NCBI RefSeq assembly: GCF_023055435.1
Contig: NW_025963902.1
Location: 6,386,001-6,450,000, forward strand
DNA from: Haliotis rufescens
Lineage: Eukaryota
DNA: 64,000 nucleotides
Direction: 5' to 3'
Shown one piece after another: positions 61,029-64,000 of the stretch; the first letter of the stretch is position 1; every line of letters starts with the position of its first letter. The position numbers and the translations under genes were made by a program. The notes below the pieces were generated by a model. That model made no database searches. It saw nothing but the letters and a program-made list of their open reading frames with translations, and was not told the DNA's origin.

Positions 61029-62201
61029 ATGGAAGGACAAAGCCAGACATCGAATCCTGACATGGTTTCTAAAACATTTGTTATTACGGACTGTCAGAGA
61101 GAACTGCTTGAAAAAAGTGGTCTCAAGAAACACTCCGCTACTGACACGCTGGACACAATTGATGTCAAGAAACACAGTGGAATCAATCCTTACCAGTGTG
61201 TTGAATGTGGGAAATCATTTAAAATATCAAGGAACCTGCAGAGACACTTGAGGATTCACAGTGGAATCAAGCCTTATCAATGTGTTGCATGTGGGAGAGA
61301 ATTTACACTGTCAGCTGGCCTGCAGTCTCACATGAAGATTCACAGTGGAGTCAAGCCTTATCAGTGTGTTGTATGTGGGAAAGAATGTACACGGTCAGGC
61401 GACCTGCAGTCACACATGAGGATTCACACTGGAATCCAGCCTTATCAGTGTGTTGAATGTGGGAAAGCATTTACAGAGTCAGGTAACCTACAGAGACACA
61501 TGAGGATTCACACTGGAATCCAGCCCTATGAGTGTGTTGAATGTGGGAAAAAATTTACACACTCAAGTAGCCTGAAGAAACACATGAGTATTCACAGTGG
61601 AATCAAGCCTTATCAGTGTGTGGAATGTGGGAAAAGATTCACACAATCAGGAAGCCTGAAGAAACACATGAGTATTCACAGTGGAATCAAGCCTTATCAG
61701 TGTGTTGAATGTGGGAAAGGATATACAGACCCAGGTAGCCTGAAGAAACACACAGATGTTCACAGTGGAATCCAGCCTTATCAGTGTGTCGAATGTGGGA
61801 AAAGATTCACACAATCAGGTAGCCTTAAGGAACACATGAGGACTCACAGTGGAATCCAGCCTTATCAGTGTGTTGAATGTGGGAAAAGATTTACACACTC
61901 AGGTAGCCTGAAGAAACACACAAATGTTCACAGTGGAATCAAGCCTTATCAGTGTGTTGAATGTGGGAAAAGATTTACACAATCAAGTAGCCTTAAGGAA
62001 CACATGAGGACTCACAGTGGAATCCAGCCTTATCAGTGTGTTGAATGTGGGAAAAGATTTACACACTCAGGTAGCCTGAAGAAACACATGAGTGTTCACA
62101 GTGAAATCAAGCCTTATCCGTGTGTTGAATGTGGGAAAAGATTTACACAATCCGGTAGCCTGAAGAAACACATGACTATTCACAGCAGAATAAAGCCTTA
62201 A
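61029..62201 (+). CDS. Tandem C2H2 zinc-finger protein (12 fingers), probably the terminal exon (acceptor at 61000)
   Basis: 12 x CxxC-x12-H-x3-H with SGIKPY/TGIQPY linkers and 84-bp periodicity. Acceptor gtgttttcag at 61000 with an open frame to the ATG; possible upstream exon ending 60150 (ATG AAA ACC AG|gtaatt, phase-compatible). Confidence 0.88.
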   Translation: MEGQSQTSNPDMVSKTFVITDCQRELLEKSGLKKHSATDTLDTIDVKKHSGINPYQCVECGKSFKISRNLQRHLRIHSGIKPYQCVACGREFTLSAGLQSHMKIHSGVKPYQCVVCGKECTRSGDLQSHMRIHTGIQPYQCVECGKAFTESGNLQRHMRIHTGIQPYECVECGKKFTHSSSLKKHMSIHSGIKPYQCVECGKRFTQSGSLKKHMSIHSGIKPYQCVECGKGYTDPGSLKKHTDVHSGIQPYQCVECGKRFTQSGSLKEHMRTHSGIQPYQCVECGKRFTHSGSLKKHTNVHSGIKPYQCVECGKRFTQSSSLKEHMRTHSGIQPYQCVECGKRFTHSGSLKKHMSVHSEIKPYPCVECGKRFTQSGSLKKHMTIHSRIKP

Positions 62202-62459
62202 CAGTGTGTTGAATGTGGGAAAGGAAACAAAAAGTCATTATTCCGGCAGAGACACATGAAGATCCACAGTGGAATCAAGCCTTCCCAGAAGGAAGAGCAG
62301 TGTTAAATCAGTCATGCTTCAACTTTGAAATGAAATTCATTTTTGGTCAAGGTCCAGATTGATGATCCCGCGTGAGAATTCTCTCGTGAGTCATTTTGAA
62401 TCAGACCCAGCTGACTTTGTTGAGCGATTTGAAAGCCAGTATATTGCAATACACTCAAA

Positions 62460-63800
62460 GCCTTACGTACTGATATTTTTCAATACAGTCACAGAAGAAT
62501 TAATATCAATTTTAGCTACTATCTTGTCACTGTTGTCAGGTACCATTTCTGGTATCTTGGTAGGCAGCTTTGATTCATGAGTAGTTCCACTGGACTCTTC
62601 CCAGTCATATTTTTGGGGAGTCATCATGTATTATAGAAGAAATTTTGGTATTTCTGCCCTCCAGTCCCTTCCATCTGTTCTTAATATTTTAATAGCTTTC
62701 GGTATTACCTGTTCGTTTGATCTGCTCCTCCATTAGCAGCAGGCCAGTGAGGAGTCACACGTTTATCCTGGATAACATTTTCTTGGAAAAAGCTTTCAAA
62801 CTTGGCTGATATGAACTGGGGTCCATTGTCCGGGGTTATTTTCTATGGGAGTCAATTGCTCAAAAAAATCTTTGCCAGGCATCTGACAGATCGTCTGGTA
62901 GCCTAGTGGTTAAAGCGTTCACTCGTCACACCGAAGACCCGGGTTCGATTCCCGACATGGGTACAATGTGTGAAGCCCATTTCTGGTGTCCCCCGCCGTG
63001 ATATTGCTGGAATATTGCTAAAAGCGGCGTAAAACCATACTCACTCACTCTGTCAACAGAGATCAAGGCTATTTCATCCCATCCGCCTACAATGACATCA
63101 TCAAACAATAATAATTCCTGTCTAAGTGTGTACAGATGATGCAATAATGGAGGTCACACCTTTTGGTGCAAATTCTTTTCCTATCGGTATATAGCTGAAT
63201 TCTTTTGTTGAAGAGATGCTGGTATGAACATAAATGTAAGTTTATATTCTTTCATCTTTTCATGTCCTCTTGTACTGTGTTTTCGAGCCCCTAGGACATA
63301 TTTCTGGTTATGTGTCACCAAGTGAGATGAGTCAATCAGGTGCCATTTTGTTTCCGTCATATGAGTTATGCAAATCAAGCAAAAGCTTTAACCTCCAGGT
63401 TACTTAATTATAAAGGTGACTGGATGTACACAACATGTAACCTGGTTTATTGTATGTCATTGTACCAAACGGAGAGAATTGTTGCCCATTCCATCAACCA
63501 CCAACTACTCTGATGTGCCAGGCAAAGATTTGTTTATTAACCATGTGTTAACAGGCCACCATGATATTGTTTAATAAGAGCACAATGTGGAATAAAAAAC
63601 TTTCTACCATGACACTGAAGAGTTAGAATGCTTCTGATTTGTCAAATTCAGGTATCGATTTCCAATTGATACCTCAAAATTAACAAACCTTTTCACACAA
63701 AGCCCTTGCATATGAAAATATTGATCTATTGATAGCCTACACATTGATGCATATAACAATGGCTGCTGTTGATAACACATTGGATTGAATACGTTCGACA
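62460..63800 (-). mobile_element. Decayed Ty3/Gypsy integrase region, copy 2
   Basis: Minus strand reads RCLAKIF..TPDNGPQFISAKFESFFQENVIQDKRVTPHWPAANGG..DGRDWRAEIPK..TGKSPVELLMN; homologous to 57540-57700 and 58060-58270. The upstream part (>63100) is very degenerate. Confidence 0.75.
62893..63050 (+). mobile_element. SINE family A inserted in the Gypsy integrase relic
   Basis: Near-consensus; interrupts the integrase homology. Confidence 0.88.
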
Positions 63801-64000
63801 TCAGAACAGCTTATTAAACAAGATTAAATCAATTTCAGAACACACATAATTTAGTAAAAGACACACTATCCACTGTGTCACGACAACACAATCATCAGTC
63901 ACAAAAATGAACATTCTCTCTTGTGTCATTCAATGCTGCCTTGTCTCCAGCTTAAAATGGCGGTATTCAGCCACACTTCAGGGTAGGTCCGTTGGCAATG

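Noticed and set aside
62199-62306. Programmed readthrough or selenocysteine at the ZF stop
   Set aside because: The stop is TAA, and the downstream finger has lost its conserved Phe and Leu, consistent with decay.

Overview
AT-rich, intron-containing animal genomic DNA. The repeat landscape suggests a mollusc, possibly an abalone-like gastropod (inference). Five protein-coding genes can be reconstructed by hand: SPRING1/C12orf49 (- strand, 5 coding exons, 203 aa), head-to-head with an RNFT1/RNFT2-family RING-TM E3 ligase (+, 7 coding exons, ~448 aa); a two-exon Rab escort protein gene (CHM/REP, -, ~671 aa) divergent from an intact tRNA-Glu(CTC); a single-coding-exon ankyrin/SOCS-box protein (-, 536 aa); and a 12-finger C2H2 zinc-finger exon (+) wedged antisense between two decayed Ty3/Gypsy relics. 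The non-coding part holds a ~7.5 kb 25-bp satellite, four SINE families (three share one 3' tail, one has a structured non-tRNA head), several MITE families (including AcademH-like elements with RecQ-helicase stubs and 9-10 bp TSDs), palindromes and minisatellites. Most notable: the apparently ancient SPRING1-RNFT divergent pair; a 40-bp tandem repeat that multiplies a SPRING1 splice acceptor into stop-codon decoys; strong co-orientation of SINEs with host transcription; near-total intron loss in CHM; and the Gypsy-embedded, internally homogenised ZF array. No CRISPR or prokaryotic features. Homologies are from recall of protein families; no searches were run.
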